NCBI GenBank assembly: GCA_030264375.1
Contig: JASCQW010000154.1
Coordinates: forward strand, 4,021,371-4,085,370
DNA from: Carcharhinus longimanus
Lineage: Eukaryota
Direction: 5' to 3'
DNA length: 64,000 nt
Of the stretch, positions 51,766-64,000 are shown in pieces. The notes beneath the pieces were generated by a model. It did no database searches, was not told the DNA's origin, and saw only the letters and a program-made list of their open reading frames with translations. A program made the position numbers and the translations under genes. How positions within the stretch are numbered: position 1 is the first letter of the stretch; each line of letters begins with the position of its first letter.

Positions 51766-53891
51766 CGAGGGGGAAGGGGGGATTTCAAATTCATACTCCA
51801 AGGAGAAGTGTCACCTTCCACTGGGAGGGCGGAAAGTATTTCATATTTCTCTTTATTCCCAATGAATTTTGTTTTCAAAATTGTATCAATGCATTACTAA
51901 TGATTCTTCTTACAAAGCGGGATTCAGAGGTTTTTACAGAGATTCTGTAAGGCAAGAACTAAATAGAAGTGTGACTGTATCAATGGACTCAGAGCTTTCC
52001 TGCCTCGCTTTTTGTATGCTGAGACGCTTCTTCCCAGACCCACAACCATGACCACCTTTTATGGCGCCGATGGTATTCTAGTTATATATATTAGACCTAG
52101 GAACTGCCTCTTTTACTCCACCATAAATTTGCTTCTCGCATGCATTGTTTTTCCAAGTTTTCTACTCCCCGTTTTCTCCTTCATATCATTATTTTCTATC
52201 GTACTGTGGAACCAATGTTTCTTGTACAAGAACAATCTCTTTTCACTTACACAAGGACACTGTTATTCCCCCTGTTACAAACCTGGCAACCAGTCGCCAC
52301 CCAAATACCTCCCAAAAATTACAGTAGTTACAAGAATAATGCATTTTTATAAAATCCATTCCAATGCGTTTTGCAGTTGTGACATTATAACTATTCGGAG
52401 CAAATCTGTGCTCGGGGACAGTGAATCTGTTTTTGGTAAGGAAGTGTAAATAGATGTGGGCGATCCTCTTTTTTTACTGGCAGCAGCAGTGCTTTGGAAA
52501 AAGCAATAACCTTAGTCAGAATCATTCTCCGAGAAACCAATTTGACACAGTGCTGTCTAACTTGATCTTGTNNNNNNNNNNNNNNNNNNNNNNNNNNNNN
52601 NNNNNNNNNCTAGCAATTGCAATCGGTGTATTTACAATAGCACTAGAGGTTATTTCGTTATAAGTTTTAAAATTCCGCTCTATCTAGCCCATACTAGTAC
52701 CTGGAACTCGGCCTTTGTTCTCGTCAGAAACCCAACCGTTTTCAGAAAATTATGATGACATAATTTTATGATATCCTGAATAAATCTCATCCATCATATT
52801 TATTGCAATCTAAAAGGGTGTTAGAAAATTCCAATGGTTTAAAAAAGGAAATAAAGACTATTTAGTTATTAAAGCCTCATAAATACTTCGAAAAAGGAAA
52901 GGATTGAGGGGCGGGGACTTCTCAACTAACAAAGACAACCATTTCGTTTATTTCCTTTTAACACACATTTGAAACTTTCCTCTAAACTACATGCTGAATT
53001 ATTGCATTCACGTGTTTATTGCCTACAACAAGCACTAACGTTGCATTAATAAATTGGAGTTAGCAAATTCAGTAAAGGTGCAGAAACTGGGCTTCAGTTC
53101 ACGCCCTCTTAATAGAATTTGTGTTCTACGGCAGTTGCTTTCTTAAATCGTGAAAAGGTGATATCTATTTCTTCTCTTAGTGAAGGAGGCCACTGGGTAA
53201 CAATAAGGTTTGAATTAGGGCGTTCACTTCTGAAGCGGGGCTTTGATAGGAATAAGCTGCTTTGAAAAGCCCAACACGTTGTATCCATGGAATGTCTCTT
53301 TCTATTCCTCTCTGCCTCTCCCTCCTGCCCGATGCTCATTGTCCGCAAACAAACGGCATTTAAAGATTTTTTTAAAAGTCAGGCTAAAATGTTATTGTTT
53401 TCATTAATACACAAAAACTTTGAAATAAAATTTCAAGGTATGTCAATAAGTTAAATTTTCTATAAAGAAAAGGCAAGCTGAGAACAAAACAATGGTCTAC
53501 TTTCCTTCTCAACGGTTGGATTTTTAGAGACCATCTTTAAGTGTGTTTGCAACACGCACACACATACACACAGCTGTGTGTGTATCTAAAAATCATTCCA
53601 CAACCTACTTTTAGTTGTCACTGAATATTTAAAAAAATCAAAACTAACATTCAAGATCGTCCATCTTTTCTAATGCAAGTTGGGAAATAATTGCACAGAA
53701 GCAAGCCTAACAGAACGGATACTATTCGGCCACGCAGCACAGAATTTAAGTCGAATGAACGAGGGGTAACCCTGGATTTTTTTTATCCTTTAGTATTGAG
53801 AATGTTCAGATAGAACAGAGTCATGTCTTAAAGGTCAAGGGTTTCAGAGGTCAGACTGCTAGAATAAAAACAGCTAATCGGATAGAAAAGT

Positions 53892-53908
53892 TGTCCTTTC
53901 CGTGAACC
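53892..53908 (-). promoter_or_regulatory. DR5 RARE 3' of HoxB4 (early neural enhancer type)
   Basis: GGTTCA cggaa AGGACA, about 2.8 kb past the HoxB4 stop codon. Resembles the Hox4 3' DR5 elements. Confidence 0.8.
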
Positions 53909-56685
53909 CTTTCGGCCGTCCTGCTGACCAACCATCATGCTGATTTTATTCCGTAAGAATCATATATACTTAAAAACACATTTCAAATAATAAGCAACGA
54001 AACGCAAATTATTAGCAGATTCTACATTAATGCATTGGCTGTGCATTCAAAGTTGCACAGAACGAGTGTGTGTTCACATTTAATTGTCAAAAGAACAACA
54101 AAGCGATTCAAAGCGAGGAAATTAATTGGCTTTGTTTGCTATTACCTTTCCTTTCAGCATTTTCCTTTTTCGAACCCTGAGCATTTTTACGATTTTTAAT
54201 CATAGTTGAGAGGGAATCTTCCGGTGTGACTGAGATATTCCACGCTCTGCCCATATTTTTAAAGAACCCTCCAGGTCGCTCACCACTTTTGCCCGGGACC
54301 AGCCATCCAGATTTGCTGTTGAGCAACAATGGGAGAAGTATTTAAAGAAAGCAGTGATTAATGATTTCAAGTTAATTCTCACATTTTCAGAACCTCTGCG
54401 TACAAATAATGCCTCTGAACTTTAATTGTATAGCATGCATTCAAAACCTTTGGCAACAGTCTGGCAGAGGGTGTAGGACTGGCTGGCCTGTTATCTGTGT
54501 CTATGAATAGGGAAAATTGAGCAGTGATTGCCGAGATTTAATGAATAATTCTTATATTATTAACTAAAATAATTGCTTCTCAAAACACTTCAGAATTATA
54601 TACCTTAACGAAAATGTTACATTTGGAAAGGCTGCATTTCGCATCGTCTCAGTTTCGTGGGACCTCCGGGGGGAGGGGAGGCGGGGGGGACATAAAACAC
54701 GTATACATTGGTTAGACAGAGTTTTCTCATATAAGCGACAGATTGTAAATCGTTGTATTGTCTCCAAAGACAAAACGTGATCTAAGAAAATCAAACTTAA
54801 TTCCTGTTTCTTCTGTGACAGTTGAATATGTGAAATCTTATGAGGTTGCAAAACACAGTATAAACGATCAAAAAGGGCATATTGTATCATGTGCAGATCA
54901 GTGATGTTTTTCTGGTTGTATTTGGCATGAATATTTTTGAAGAATGGGGATGGGGTAGGGTGGGATTACCATATCCTTTCAGTTACAAAGTCAAAATGTA
55001 GTTTGATAATATTATTTGTTAAATTGCAGGACTAAGTCAAAACACGTGCATCAGTGAGTTAAACTCTTGAACCAGAGGATATTTCTCCCAAATATAGAAT
55101 ATTGTGTTGTGCAGTGATATAAATTCCATGTAGGTTTTCTTCCGATATTTGCTGCATTTTCAGATTCCAGATTGCATATGCAATGTGCTATATGAAAGAA
55201 AATTAAAATTAATATGGAGCTTCATCTGACAAAAGAGGTCATTTGTCTTCTTGATTATCTATTTGCTTGTCAAAGCTTGAACCATTACACCCTCCAATCC
55301 CTTTCCAATACCCAAACGCACATGCACAAAGAAAAAATGCTAAAAGGTATGGTATAAATAATAGAAATGGATTTAACTTTAAAAGATTAAGGATTGTATA
55401 AGAGAAAAAATAGATCTGGCAGTGATCCTAAACAATCAAGAAATAACAGATATCCAGAGTGAAGTAGCCAATCTTTAAAAAGAGTGTTTTCCAAACTTAT
55501 TATCCTATTGCATTATTGTACAATACATCTATATCCACAAACAGGTGTAAAGGCCTTTAACAATGTCGGATATGCATTGCATTTGTTTTGAGGTGTACCC
55601 CTTCTGGCAATATTTCCACCAAGCCAATGTCCTTTGTTATCACCCTGGCCAACTCACACAGATGGATGAGCTTAGAAAAATCTCCAATCATGTCACCAGA
55701 TCATATTGCTCCGAGAATTGGACCAGGAGACTATGTATAAATAAACAAAGGAAAAGATACACCTTGAAAAAAATTTATTTCGGTTATTACTATTTACACG
55801 TATTTTGGTCTGGATGAGAGTCAATACATACAGAACAATGCAAGGACATAGACTGCTAACGAAAATACAAACTCCTGTGGGCCCGAAAGATGTAGCTGCT
55901 AAACTTCATAGTTTGGAATGTCATAAAGAATGATAAGGAAATTAAAACAGTTTATCTACCTAACCGTCCACTTCTTTCAGCTAATGTACAATCTACTAAT
56001 ACTAAGGCCAGAAGCAAGTATTGTATCGTGGCTGTACAAGTCACATGCAACATTTTCATAACACTTTAAATAACTTTGTTGACATAATTTATTCCTACAT
56101 TTGATTTTTACACGTTTGCTTTTAAAGTCGAACTACATACATTTTTATTGGCACCGAATGTAATATATTTGGGATCTTAACGTCTGAGGAAATGGAGTAC
56201 ATGTCAGTGTAATATTCCAAAGAAAATACCCAAAATGTTTCTTTTTGTAAACCCCATTGGAAAATGACTTGGAGCTTAAAACCACAAGGGCCATCTTGCC
56301 GAACTGCTTCAACATTCTTGTTGTGAGTTTGTTTTTGTGTGAATAAAAGACAGTTTGTCATCCCAGGTTGACGAAACGGAGCCTCATTTATTAAAGTGTT
56401 CGTTTGCTGTCGAGGTAATCGTAGGCATAGAGTTCATCCTTTGTACCACCAAGTAAACATGACAAATGGGGAGACTTTGGCGTGATTAAAGATGAAACGA
56501 GGATTCATCTTTGCCAATCTCTTCTGAAAACTGCAATCTACAATATTACTTATGGGGGAGGGGTGAGAGGAGTGGGCAAAATCGGAGTATTTACAGCTTA
56601 GACTTTGCCATTATAAATAAACAGTCTTTCAGTTAAAATTCTATGCTTATGCGCGCGTCTACCACTTTCTCTCCCACAAGAGCAG

Positions 56686-57005
56686 CTATAATGTGGCTGA
56701 TGGTCCACTTGGCTCCTGGTTCTGAGAGCTTCCTTGCGATTGATGACTTGCAGAGGATGAGGAGCCTGTAGTAGACCTGATTTTGGTATTTGGCAACTTG
56801 TGGTCCTTTTTCCATTTCATTCGCCTGTTCTGGAACCATATTTTAATCTGTCGTTCTGACAGGCAAAGAGAATGGGCTATTTCCACCCTGCGTCTCCGGG
56901 TTAGGTACCGATTAAAATGGAACTCCTTCTCCAGCTCTAGAACTTGCTGCCTCGTGTAAGCAGTGCGGGAGCGTTTGGGTTCCCCTCCTTTGTAATTAGG
57001 GTTCA
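56686..57005 (-). CDS. hoxb4: HoxB4 exon 2, homeodomain
   Basis: CAG acceptor ending at 57006. Encodes [67 protein letters not shown]; RVEIAH is B4-like. 241 aa total. Confidence 0.96.
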
Positions 57006-57192
57006 CTGAACAAAAAGCAACAACACAGAAATAACTGACTGAACACCACGAATCTCACAAGGAATAGAACTAGTGCACTTAAAGTAAGCATTAGCGTAAG
57101 AAAAATGTAAAAGTTCACTTCTATCATTAACTGCTGCTCAAAGAGATCTGAGCGGCTAGGACACAACACATCAAAGGCACATGGCCAGAAGT

Positions 57193-57270
57193 GTAATTGT
57201 ACTGCAATAAAAATTTATGGAGGATGTGATTACTGACCTCCAGATAGGCGATCGTAAATCTAAAGAATGG
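57193..57270. promoter_or_regulatory. Hox4 intron HB-1 homeodomain-binding element
   Basis: Cluster TAATTG, CAATAAA, TTTATGG, TCGTAAA near the 5' end of the HoxB4 intron. Confidence 0.75.
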
Positions 57271-57336
57271 CTATTTACAGTGGGTGCAATAGATCCCGGG
57301 CTTTCAGGTGGTAAAAAGCCCAGGCAAACGACTCAC

Positions 57337-57742
57337 CGACGTTTATATGTAATTTCTTCATCCACGGATAAACCACAGGCTCTTTGGAACAAGGAGTGTT
57401 TTGGTTGCTGAAGTTCTGACTGCAAGAGGGCGGTGGGCTTGGAGTCACCGAGACACACTGGTGGCCATGCTTGTCTAAGTGGTTCTGCAGGCCGGTCTGC
57501 GATTGTACGTGACCCCTAGGCGCCACGACTTGCTCGCCCGAGCCCTGGAGGTTGCTGCAAGAGGAGTAGGGCTGCTCGCTGTACGCTGACCGCGGATACA
57601 TCGCCTCATGCTGGAACCCGGGCTCCCGTGCCCGGGTAAAGTATTCCGGAGAATGGCTTGGTAGGTAATTGTTCTGAGAATACTCTTCACACGGTGGAAA
57701 TTTAGGGTCCACATAGTTAGAATTAATCAAAAACGAACTCAT
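57337..57742 (-). CDS. hoxb4: HoxB4 exon 1
   Basis: MSSFLINSNYVDPKFPPCEEYSQ...EPVVYPWMKK, followed by a GTGAGT donor at 57336. Confidence 0.95.
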
Positions 57743-57822
57743 GACCTTTAATATCTGAAATGCAAAATAACTCAAAATTTTTTCTAACCCAGCCGTTTTT
57801 CCTGTTACCTAAACCCTCCTAC

Positions 57823-57906
57823 TTTACTGTCAAGTGAACAAAGTTAGGCGTTCATGTGACACCAGCAGCCAATGGTAGGTCCCGTTCGATTCCCGGATAA
57901 GGAAAT
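57823..57906 (-). promoter_or_regulatory. HoxB4 proximal promoter / 5' leader conserved block
   Basis: E-box CATGTG at 57853, CCAAT at 57869, and a CCGGATAAGGAAAT block upstream of the ATG. Confidence 0.65.
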
Positions 57907-59129
57907 AGAATTGGACGTTGAATGCTCTCAAGCTTCTCCCCTAAACAGTTTTTGATTACAGCATTTAATATGCCTTTTTTATTCCTAAAACTTGGCAACT
58001 TTGCAGATAGGACCTTTTTTCCTTTAAGTCCGCTTGGCAGAATTGACGTCGTCCAAACGGGTTTGTTATATGATCAGTGGTTTCTTACCAGTCGATATCA
58101 CTTCCAAAAAAAAAGACTTAGCTTTGCAAAAAAATAAATAAAATAGGACCTTATACGTTAGAATCTATCCGTAGCTTGTAAATCTTTTTGTAATGGCAAT
58201 GCTAACGCCTTTGCAGAGCTTGGGGAGGAGGAAGGCGTTTTGGCTGGCAAAGATAAATCGGGTTGCTTTGGATCAATAGAAAATTCATCAACTAATTCAG
58301 GACACCTAAGTCAACAAATTGCATTTAACAATGCATTAGACTGGCGACTTTCACCCAGAATATCTCTAGTTGAAACGATTCCCTGCGAAACATCCCCAGA
58401 ATACGTACAATTAAAAAAGAGAAAAACATTTCAGAGGTAACAACCACACGCAAGTCTAAACGAAGTTGCCCATGTTCGATTAAGATCATGATCCCAAAGA
58501 GTGGAAGGAATATTAATACACGTTTGCCTCTTGCTACATTGAATGCATTTCGTTGACTTTAATTAAAAGTGTGCACTCTACAATGGGGCTACTACATCCT
58601 TTTATTTGTGAAATCGCAATGTTTCTGAATTCTCGAGAAGACATGACACAAATAACTGTAAAGATTTATTAAAAATGATACATATAAACTGAGAAGAATT
58701 CCACAATTAACTGGAATTAAATAATTGAAGATGCTCATATACTTTTAATGTATGGTAGACTGCAATTTCATGGACAGCAAACGACATGCGTGGGAGTTTC
58801 GAATTGATTAATTTCTAAGTCATAACAAACCCTGTAAAGCTGACCATTTTAACGGAGGTATGCGCGGGATTATCGAAAAAGGTAACAGTAACATTCCATA
58901 TTTAAATGACGTAACAAATACAGCACCAGAGTGCTGAGAGTTGTTGCAACAAGACTGAAAAGGGAATAAAAAGGGCAGGACGTCATTCCAAGCAGCAGTC
59001 TGATCCGCAGAATCAGGTAGATGAATACTATGTCTCGCTTTTATTTATTTAGCTATAGTATCGATTTATACGAAGAAGATTCTAGGCGTGAACATTTTCT
59101 TCTGTCTTCCGGGTGAATGTTGTTGCGTT

Positions 59130-59222
59130 TGTGTCGACTACATACTCCCCTAGATACGAATTTGTGACCACAACTTTGTCAACACAAATTCGGATCTACA
59201 GGGTATATATAGAGGACAGACA
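59130..59222 (-). ncRNA. mir10a: pre-miR-10a hairpin
   Basis: Minus strand 59183-59205 reads TACCCTGTAGATCCGAATTTGTG (miR-10a-5p). The complementary 3p arm CAAATTCGTATCTAGGGGAGTA is at 59143-59164. Canonical position upstream of Hox4. Confidence 0.98.
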
Positions 59223-61287
59223 TATTTTTCAGCATTTTTGTAGCCCAGAGACGTTCAAGAACATCCATGTAAATGTGCACGCATCATTGAACCAAGTGCA
59301 CATACATGTGTGTTTTATATGTATCTGCACAACTTGAGTGAGGACCCCTTTCTCCGATTTCTTTCAGCAATTTGTATTGTCATTCATGCATCTTTTATGA
59401 AAAATGAGGCGCTCCGTTTTGCAAATGTAACGAAAGTAAAGTCAGTAAATTATGAACAAAATATTCTGGAAGAATCCAAAGAATCCACTTTCAGGGTCAA
59501 CTTCGATTTATCGTACAAGCAAACACCCAGCAGCCAGATCTAAAGCGGCCAGATAGGAGGATAAGTCACATGTGATACTTTCCCAAAAGTTTGTTTCCAG
59601 CTGCAACAGAGACAAAGAATTTTTCTTTATATTTAATTTATTCAGAAGCAGTGGAGGAGTCTACACGCAGTGGTTACATAAATCTTACAGCAGACATTGT
59701 GAAAATCATGCACCCTCCGCTCTGATAAATTCCTATAAAAGAATGAGTGTTACTCTGATGTACCTGGGTGATTTATCTTTATGTAACACGCGGCCCAAAT
59801 AGTGAGTACTAAAAGACCAACTAAAATGACCCGAGTAATTTCCTTTAGGGTAACACCTTTTTTTTCTTAAATACAATGGCTGCCATAAGTTGCCCATAAA
59901 ATTACATATTACAAATTTTGCCATTCTGAATTCATTTACGACGGAGAAAAAGAAATACCAAGTAGTTTTAACACAAGACTCTTTTATGAATAGGGAGCAA
60001 TGTTATTTGCACCATCCGAACTTGTTTCAAAGAACCTCACTTCCGATAGTAATAAAGCATTAAAATGATACAGAGACTCAGTCCTCCCCCGCATGTAAAA
60101 AGACTTTATGTTTTTTTTTAAAAAGCCCCTTTTTATTGGTCTAGCTTTACGATCATGTTGATCACTGCCATTCAAACCTTCCAAAAATCAGAAGAGGAAT
60201 TTTATATAATGTTACTGTGATCCAATAGCTTTGGCCTTTACAGCTGTGTCTTTTAAACATGTTTTCACTATCGCAGTTAAAAAGGAAACGTGGAGCCCTT
60301 TCAAAGGTGTCTTTTCATACAAGATCATCCTAGTGCTTTGTTTAACTCGCCGTAATAAAAATGTCGACATTTCGGAAGTTTGGAAGATGAATATATTTAC
60401 TGTCCCTATCTGCTCTGCATTTCAAAAGAATCTCGCTACAGATTGCTATCCTAACAGAGGATGCAAACATCAGCGGGATGGGGGAGGCCTTTTCCCCTCC
60501 TGTTTGTAGCTTGCCATAGGAGAAGTGAAACGCAGGCCTCAACCTTACTGTAGCAAAGGACTCACGACAGCCAATGATAGTGATTTAAACAATTGAACAT
60601 GCAAATACTATGAAAATACTAAGTATACTTGCTGTATTAATATAAATATCAACATTCTTTATGTATTTAGAAACACGGCGGCAATTAAGTGATTGCATTT
60701 AATTTTGCATTACTGGTATTTAAATCACATATTCTGATCATTTTTGCAAAGTTATTTTGTGATATTCTGTTTTAAGCACACTCATAAGCACACCTCTCTC
60801 AACATCGCCCCCAACCCTTCCATCTAATGAGGTTAGTTCAAGGCTAAACGTGTCACCAAGTTACTCCTGCATCTTAGAATACTTTTCTGATTGCGTTAAA
60901 TCACATACATACCCTCTCACACACACAAAAACCCTTTTGTCTTTCTTCCTCTACATTCTCAAATTATACATTACAGAACGCGCTGGTGGGCTTTGCAAAA
61001 AAATCGAACAGAGAGGTCGAAATTACCAACTTCAACACAAACATATTCGTTCTCCTTTGTCTGTTCTTGCACTGATAACATCTAGTTAGAGTAAGGCTTT
61101 CCAGCAGCCCTCTTTTTTTTCCCCATTCGAAATGCCTAGCAGCTTTTTAAGAAGTGGCCGAGAACCGGCCTGGTGAACATTTTGTTTTCTCCCTCAGTTT
61201 TCGTATTAATCTCATACACTGACAGTCTTTGTTAAACACCAAGGCGTGCCGTGCGTCCGAGTACATTTTAATATTTGTTAGACGCTT

Positions 61288-61304
61288 TGACCTGAGTTTC
61301 ACCC
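61288..61304 (-). promoter_or_regulatory. DR5 RARE 5' of HoxB4 (B4U type)
   Basis: GGGTGA aactc AGGTCA, upstream of mir-10a. Matches the Hox4 5' RARE pattern RGGTGA-n5-AGGTCA. Confidence 0.85.
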
Positions 61305-64000
61305 CGCTCTTGGACTCTCCCCCTCTACAAGTTCTATAGTATGGATAGGTCTCTCAGTCATATTGAATTTTGCTCAGGTCATTACGTTTGAGAAAAATAG
61401 CAAGGCAGGAGTTTACCCAAAACAGCAGTAAAGATCTGGAAATTCTCTCAAGCATTGCATGTTCTGTGATTCCATCAGCATCAAATATTTATTATACAAG
61501 TCACAGCTCTAGTCCTCTATTGGCAGATACGTACCCAGATTCCAATTTGAATAACAAAAGTAATTAATAGATCTGTTTTCTTGTGCATGCTTAGTTGCAT
61601 GAATATGAAATGTTATCTTTTTCACAGTTGCATATTTCATGTATTATTACATTGGATTAGTCAAAGAATAACATAAAGAGATAAGGCAACAGGCGAATAA
61701 AAAGCCCCAGCACATTTCACATTTTGTGCATGTGTGTGTAACAGCGAATTGATTTAATTTGTTGAAGACGATTGTTTTAACACGTCAGAGGATTTTCTAA
61801 TTAAAACTAAGGAGAATACCCCCACTCGACACAACCCCCTCCAGGCAAATGTCAGCAAATTTGTTGATGAACTTATATTCAAACTTGCTCAAACTATATT
61901 TCATTTCCTTTTCCATTTTCTCCTGATGCATTTTTTATCTATTACCAGATTAGTAAAACTGTCAGTACAGTGTTAAACACGGAGACATGCATTTATAAAT
62001 ATGTTCAGGTATTTTCCAATTCCAGCATGTTATTTAGTATACAAACTGGGAATTTCAATTTCATGCGAGGAGTTTAGTGAATGTTACTTTTGAGTGAATG
62101 TTTCAGTTACGATTGAGCAAATTGCAGGTTTATGACACCGATTCAATCAATTGTTGTTAGCTCGACGTTCTCGGTGAAATGCATTGTTTAAGTCATATGT
62201 TTGTTGCCCATCATAATACAGTCATAGTTGGCATTAAATGATATAAACATCCCCATGGTGCTGTTACTGTTCGTGTTGATGATTACTTCCCCTCCCCCTC
62301 AAAAAGAACCTTGTATATTATAGAAACTACAATGGCCTAAAATAACGTATTTAAGGTATTGAATAAACAAGTATCAGAACATACATTTATAGAGAATACA
62401 TACAAATACATGCGAACTTATGAACAGAAAGAAAACAAAAGACCATCCATATGATTTCAGGTGAATATGATCTTTTCGCCATTTCCGAGTATAGATAGCT
62501 TGTTTAGTGCCGAATTTAAGCCGATGCAAAACAGTTCATATGCAAAAATAGTGTTTTGTATTCCATTTATACCAGCGAGTGGAAAGTAAATATATAATCC
62601 CCACTTTGCAATAGTAACCATATTCAAAGAGTACTCAATTTGCTGTAAAAGCGCATTGGGAAGACCCGAGAACGTGAAAGGTGCTATGGTATAGCTTATA
62701 TATATATATATATAAAATACAAGTAAGTTATGTAAGACATAAACATAATCTAGTCATGATTTAAAAAACCCTTAAATTTCATTCGTTCTAATTTCAGTTA
62801 CGGTAATTGAAAAGAATAAATATATCTTTGCTGTCTTTGTAAAAAGTAAGAAAAGGAATGCCGTTACAAATTGACACTTGTTTCGATGTGAATGGCAGAG
62901 AATGCAAGGTAACTAGAAGAGTATGCAGCCCCTAATTCTCCCCTCACTCTCTATAAATGTGTGTTTGGAAATACTTCTGGTAGCTTGCCACACAAAATGT
63001 TCATTCAAATGTAAGAGCTTGTATATTTACTTTGAACAGATTTATTGCAGAGCAACTACAGTGTAAACAGATTTAAAACGTGTTCGGTGCGCAGAACGAC
63101 CCCAAAGCCATTGCCTTGCAGACAGATTTAAATGCCTTACTTTGTTTAAATGATCGGACAAGGGCCTATGGTTTGCAACTCTTAAAAGAAACTTGTATTG
63201 GGTATAGGAAGCAACAAATACGCATTAATAATAATTTTAAAATGACTAATGCCTACTTAATTTAAATATGTTTGACTCCTACGGCAAGAAGTTAGATCGA
63301 TCTTATTATTTTCTTCACTTTTGTACAATGGAATCAAGATTCCCGCAATCTCCCTGAATGGGAACACTTCATTCTAAGGGTCTATGTGCAGGTAACTGGG
63401 CGAAAACTTTAAAAGCAAATGCGTGGAGAAATGAAAGAAGTTAATCTTTTCTGTTTAATAATATGCAAAATAATTTTCGAGTCTCGTGTTACTGTTTTTC
63501 GTGCCTGACCTTGCTTTATATGATACTTCAAACCCCAGCAATTCGTCAATTAATTCCAAAAACTCTGTCTTTACTTTTTGAACTCCCTTGAACTTTCTTT
63601 CTCCATTTACACCTATACATGTCAAATTGTATGTTTGACAATCTGATGATTGTACATGAGCTCCAATTTTACGCGCTATTTTCAAATTAACTTGTATAAT
63701 GTGTTCTTGGCTTATCTGATATCCTCTTGTCCTGAAAAATCAACAGACATTTACTATTAATCCTTTTTCGTCATGTCACCCATTATAAATAAACCGTTTT
63801 AATATCCATACAACTTGACTCTCAAATGATTTTAAAAGCTGATTACATCTGGCGGGAATTATTTGTCTTGTCCATTTGTGTTTTCAAAGTCTCCTATAAC
63901 CTATACCGCAGCTACTTCCGTCATGGATCTTGTGATTTCTATTTATTGTGCAGTGTCCTATAAAAAGGATCAATTAATCCTCCCCGTTTTTGCAAAGATC

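Noticed and set aside
1-64000. Prokaryotic-type systems (CRISPR, operons) and bona fide rRNA/tRNA genes
   Set aside because: None seen. The sequence is a vertebrate Hox locus, and the tRNA-like boxes belong to SINE heads.

Overview
Vertebrate genomic DNA, most likely from a cartilaginous fish (shark), judged from the HE1/V-SINE, Deu-type SINE and CR1 repeats and the Hox protein sequences. The window holds the 3' (anterior) end of a HoxB cluster on the minus strand: HoxB1 (18.8-20.5 kb), HoxB2 (28.8-30.6 kb), HoxB3 (35.4-37.4 kb, with candidate upstream non-coding exons), HoxB4 (56.7-57.7 kb) and mir-10a (59.1-59.2 kb). Recognisable cis-elements include five RAREs, the HoxB1 rhombomere-4 autoregulatory element, the HoxB2 r4 and Krox20 elements and the Hox4 intron HB-1 element. 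The first ~7 kb is repeat-dense cluster flank; the cluster itself is nearly free of recognisable transposons. Two anomalies stand out. HoxB1 exon 1 has an in-frame TAA at codon 30 in an otherwise intact gene. HoxB2 exon 2 is interrupted by foreign sequence plus an N-gap, bounded by a 14-bp direct repeat. Both may be sequencing or assembly errors and need checking against raw reads. All homology statements come from recall of published sequences, not from searches.
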